Assembly: GCA_964563675.1 (NCBI GenBank)
Contig: CAZLXQ010000001.1
Coordinates: 1-41,271, forward strand
Direction of reading: 5' to 3'
Source of the DNA: an uncultured Sulfurospirillum sp.
GTDB taxonomy: Bacteria; Campylobacterota; Campylobacteria; Campylobacterales; Sulfurospirillaceae
DNA: 41,271 nucleotides
Positions 38,228-41,271 of the stretch are shown here, piece after piece (position 1 is the stretch's first letter; every line of letters begins with the position of its first letter). Position numbers and translations under genes: made by a program. Under the pieces are notes generated by a model, which was not told the origin of the DNA, did no database searches, and saw only the letters and a program-made list of their open reading frames with translations.

Positions 38228-38674
38228 TTATTCTATTACTTTTACTAAACTATCTTGCTTAAAGTTTGAGCCTCTGTATCTTTTGAGCTTAAAATTACTT
38301 GGAATCTCAACTACATTGAAGCGTTGAACTACTTGAAGAAGTGTGTTCATACCAGCCCATATATATAAAACCCCATCTATCTCTCCTCTTTTTTGCTGAA
38401 ACATGTCTATTGCTACAATAGGATACTCTTTGGATATTTTACTTTTAATTGTATCAAAATTTTGCATATTGGAGCTATAAATCACCACTATAAACTCATC
38501 ATATTTTGGAGTGAAAATATCATCTTTTGTATAAAAAATAGATTGTGAAAAATCTATAAACTTATACTGAGAAAACCTATAATTAGAGTATGCAAAAGCA
38601 GCCGCTACCATAGCAGCTCCAAAAAAGGAAGCAAAGACAAGGGAGAACTGCCCTTGTCCTGAATTTAACCTCAT
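38228..38674 (-). CDS. Hypothetical membrane-anchored protein between trxA and trxB
   Basis: N-terminal hydrophobic helix; tightly packed between trxA and trxB; no Cys. Confidence 0.75.
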   Translation of the reverse strand: MRLNSGQGQFSLVFASFFGAAMVAAAFAYSNYRFSQYKFIDFSQSIFYTKDDIFTPKYDEFIVVIYSSNMQNFDTIKSKISKEYPIVAIDMFQQKRGEIDGVLYIWAGMNTLLQVVQRFNVVEIPSNFKLKRYRGSNFKQDSLVKVIE

Positions 38675-38677
38675 GCT

Positions 38678-38992
38678 TTATAGTGAGTTAATCTTATCGG
38701 CTAAAACTTGCTTTGAAGAAGCACCAACCATCTGGTCTATTAGTTCACCGTCTTTGAAAAATAGGATTGTAGGAATAGAGCGGATACCATACTTAACCGC
38801 GATATCTTGCTCTTCGTCTGTATTTACTTTGCAGATTTTTGCCTTACCATCAAACTCTTCAGCTAACTCCTCTATCACAGGTGCAAGCATACGACAAGGT
38901 CCACACCATGGAGCCCAAAAATCTACTAATGCTACTCCCTCTTTGATCGATTCATCAAAGTTTGCTACTGTTAAGTCTAAATATTTTCCCAT
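38678..38992 (-). CDS. trxA: Thioredoxin
   Basis: DFWAPWCGPCR, IRSIPT; ATG 38992 after AGGAG. Confidence 0.98.
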   Translation of the reverse strand: MGKYLDLTVANFDESIKEGVALVDFWAPWCGPCRMLAPVIEELAEEFDGKAKICKVNTDEEQDIAVKYGIRSIPTILFFKDGELIDQMVGASSKQVLADKINSL

Positions 38993-39071
38993 CACTCTCT
39001 CCTAATTATATTTTATAATTATGATTATACACCTTATAGCTTAAACTTTAGTCAGTTTTTAATAGTAATTT

Positions 39072-39404
39072 TTAGTAACTAATATTTTTTATAATTTCTA
39101 TTGAGCTATCATTCATTATAAGTGCATCAATTTGATAATCTAAATTGATATTTTTTCGATATATGTAATAGTCTACTGTTTTTATAATTTTTTGTAGTTT
39201 TTTAGGTGTTATTCTCTCTAAGGCATCATACTCTTTCGAGTATTTCACTTCAAAAAAGTGCAAAATAGTATCTTTTTTAGCAACTATATCTATTTCGCCA
39301 AATCTTGAATGAAAATTTCGCTCAACTATAGAGTAGCCACTATTTTTTAGATACTCTACTGCTCTACTCTCTGCTTGTAAGCCAACAAAAAGGCTAATCT
39401 TCAA
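39072..39404 (-). CDS. yraN: YraN/UPF0102 family nuclease-fold protein
   Basis: G..AE..A..YL...GY.I.ERNF..RFGEIDIVA...FEVK. Confidence 0.92.
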   Translation of the reverse strand: MKISLFVGLQAESRAVEYLKNSGYSIVERNFHSRFGEIDIVAKKDTILHFFEVKYSKEYDALERITPKKLQKIIKTVDYYIYRKNINLDYQIDALIMNDSSIEIIKNISY

Positions 39405-40665
39405 TCCTAATCATAACAGGCTTCTCTTTACATGTAGAGAGTTTTTCAAGCTCTTTTATGGCGTTTTGTATATCTAACTCTTTACATCTATGTGTAGAAA
39501 AAAGAAGAGTTGCGGTAGCTATGTCTTGGTCTGGTCTTTGCAAAAAGCTATTTACAGAGATTCCAAAACTTCCCAATATAGCAGTTATCTTAGTTAAAAC
39601 TCCTATCTCGTCAGAGACCTTGATTCTGATATAGTACTTTGTCTCAATCTCATCTGAGCTCAAAAGTGTAAACTCCCCACCCTCTAAGCCTCTTTTAAAT
39701 CCAAGCATAGGAGAGCTTTGTCCTGCTCTAGCGATGTCAATCAAATCTGCAACTACAGCACTAGCAGTAGCATCTCCACCAGCTCCAGCTCCATAATACA
39801 TAGTCTCGCCAACTCTATCGCCAATAACACTAATCGCATTCATAACACCATCTACTTTTGATATCATCTGAGAGGTCGACACTAGTGCTAGATGGGCCCT
39901 TAGCTCCACTTTTTTGTTATCACATTTTTTTGCGATGGTGAGGTGCTTAATGCTATAACCAAACTCTTTAGCAAAAAATATATCTTCGCTACTTATCTGC
40001 TCAATCCCCTCTATAAGTATGTCTTCAGGATTGGCATGAACTCCATAAGCTATGCTAGCTAGTATGAGAAGTTTATGAGCCGCATCAAATCCGCCTACAT
40101 CAAAAGCGGGGTCAGCCTCTGCATATCCAAGCTCTTGTGCCTCTTTTAAGACCTCTTTAAACTCTATGCTTTCACTCATCATCTTTGTTAGTATAAAATT
40201 GCAAGTCCCATTCATGATGCCTTTTATAGACTCTATATGATTTGCGCTCAAACCCTCTCTAAGAGCCTTGATGATAGGAATTCCCCCAGCAACACTAGCC
40301 TCAAATCCTAAAGGAGTTAAGCCTGCAATATCTTGTAAAGCATAGCGATGATAAGCTAAAAGTGCTTTATTTGCAGTTACTACTGATTTTCCACTCTCTA
40401 AAGCTCTTTTAACCACCTTAAACGGCTCATCAACACCGCCCATAAGTTCAATAACAACATCTATCTTATCACTTTTTAGAACATCATCTATATCTGTACT
40501 AAGCGGGATATTAACTCCCCTATCACGACTCAAATCTCTTACTATTCCCATAACAGGAACTATTTTTGTGCCACTTCTTGCTTCTATGATGTCACTATTT
40601 TCTTCTAAGATTTTAACAACACTTGCACCAACTGTTCCGACTCCTATAATTCCGACCTTAATCAT
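39394..40665 (-). CDS. hom: Homoserine dehydrogenase with ACT domain
   Basis: GVGTVG, VTANKA, EASVAGGIP, NGTCN, GYAEADP, GAGGDATASAV. Confidence 0.97.
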   Translation of the reverse strand: MIKVGIIGVGTVGASVVKILEENSDIIEARSGTKIVPVMGIVRDLSRDRGVNIPLSTDIDDVLKSDKIDVVIELMGGVDEPFKVVKRALESGKSVVTANKALLAYHRYALQDIAGLTPLGFEASVAGGIPIIKALREGLSANHIESIKGIMNGTCNFILTKMMSESIEFKEVLKEAQELGYAEADPAFDVGGFDAAHKLLILASIAYGVHANPEDILIEGIEQISSEDIFFAKEFGYSIKHLTIAKKCDNKKVELRAHLALVSTSQMISKVDGVMNAISVIGDRVGETMYYGAGAGGDATASAVVADLIDIARAGQSSPMLGFKRGLEGGEFTLLSSDEIETKYYIRIKVSDEIGVLTKITAILGSFGISVNSFLQRPDQDIATATLLFSTHRCKELDIQNAIKELEKLSTCKEKPVMIRIED

Positions 40666-40666
40666 T

Positions 40667-41271
40667 TTATTTACTCTTTTCTAAATTTTTTAAATATTTC
40701 TTTAAGTTTTTTGCTGCTTGACGAATTCTGTTTTCATTCTCTATAAGAGCGATTCTTACATAGTTGTCGCCACCCTCACCAAAGCCGATTCCAGGACTTA
40801 CTGCTATTTTTGCCTCTGTTAAAAGCTGTTTTGAGAAGCTCATGCTCCCTAGGTGTTGAGCAACTTGGGGTATCTTTGCCCAGATAAACATAGTTGCATT
40901 TGGCTTGTCTATCTTCCAGCCAGCATTTGCAAAGCTCTCTAGTAAAACATCTCTTCTTTTTTGATAAGTAGTGATTATACTATCAACACACTCTTGTGGA
41001 CCATCAAGAGCTACAGTAGATGCTACTTGGATTGGTGTAAACATGCCATAATCAAACCAAGATTTTATCTTTTGAAGTGCATTTATCATCTTTGGATTTC
41101 CTACTATGAAGCCTACTCTCCAGCCAGCCATAGAGTAACTTTTTGAAAGTGTAAAGCTCTCTACTGCCACATCTTTTGCACCCTCAACTTCAAATATAGA
41201 GGGTGTTTTGTAGCCTTCAAATGTCAAATCAGCATAAGCGATATCACTTATGATATAAAATCTCTCTTTTT
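40667..41271 (-). CDS. Class I PLP-dependent aminotransferase (LL-DAP aminotransferase/AlaC-like), 5' part outside the window
   Basis: Frame is open to the window end: [11 protein letters not shown]...[17 protein letters not shown]...SPGIGFG...YVRIAL. Confidence 0.88.
   Translation of the reverse strand, partial: KERFYIISDIAYADLTFEGYKTPSIFEVEGAKDVAVESFTLSKSYSMAGWRVGFIVGNPKMINALQKIKSWFDYGMFTPIQVASTVALDGPQECVDSIITTYQKRRDVLLESFANAGWKIDKPNATMFIWAKIPQVAQHLGSMSFSKQLLTEAKIAVSPGIGFGEGGDNYVRIALIENENRIRQAAKNLKKYLKNLEKSK

Noticed and set aside
849-41146. Many short antisense or overlapping ORFs in the track (e.g. 5805-6146, 10850-11155, 25803-26231, 38673-39005)
   Set aside because: All lie within well-supported genes and show no recognisable motifs; they are typical shadow ORFs.
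1-41271. CRISPR array, prophage, transposase, defence genes, rRNA
   Set aside because: No regularly spaced repeats or corresponding ORFs were seen, and nearly all coding space is otherwise explained.

Overview
AT-rich chromosomal window from a Campylobacterota bacterium (Campylobacterales-like gene order; genus cannot be assigned from the sequence alone). Most of it is housekeeping. The + strand starts with nrnA-M23-minC-lpxC-tsaB-thrB-ylxR-infB-rbfA-rimP-ribD. Next come tRNA-Ala(GGC), tyrA, msrBA, xseA, ubiE/menG, ppaC and bcp. These are followed by aroQ-pepP-folK-flhF-flhG-fliA-fliM-fliY-mnmA, ilvE-SPFH-hisIE-2xDUF2393, and a minus-strand block (aminotransferase-hom-yraN-trxA-hyp-trxB-dapB-purF-radical SAM). 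The most unusual part is a minus-strand operon at 11.3-16.9 kb. There an lgt gene overlaps a two-gene PlsA/PlsR-type (plasmalogen synthase / glycerol ester reductase-like) system, a candidate link between ether-lipid synthesis and lipoprotein lipidation. The two pls-like genes are in frame and separated only by a TGA and 19 sense codons. A short MITE-like repeat family has four copies: one complete with 15-bp TIRs and a 7-bp direct repeat, and three partial, one of which supplies the plsA stop codon. Also seen: a probable ATA start for tsaB, a DUF2892 small gene missing from the ORF track, and a decayed locus with an orphan signal-peptide remnant. No searches were run; family calls rest on motifs and remembered synteny.
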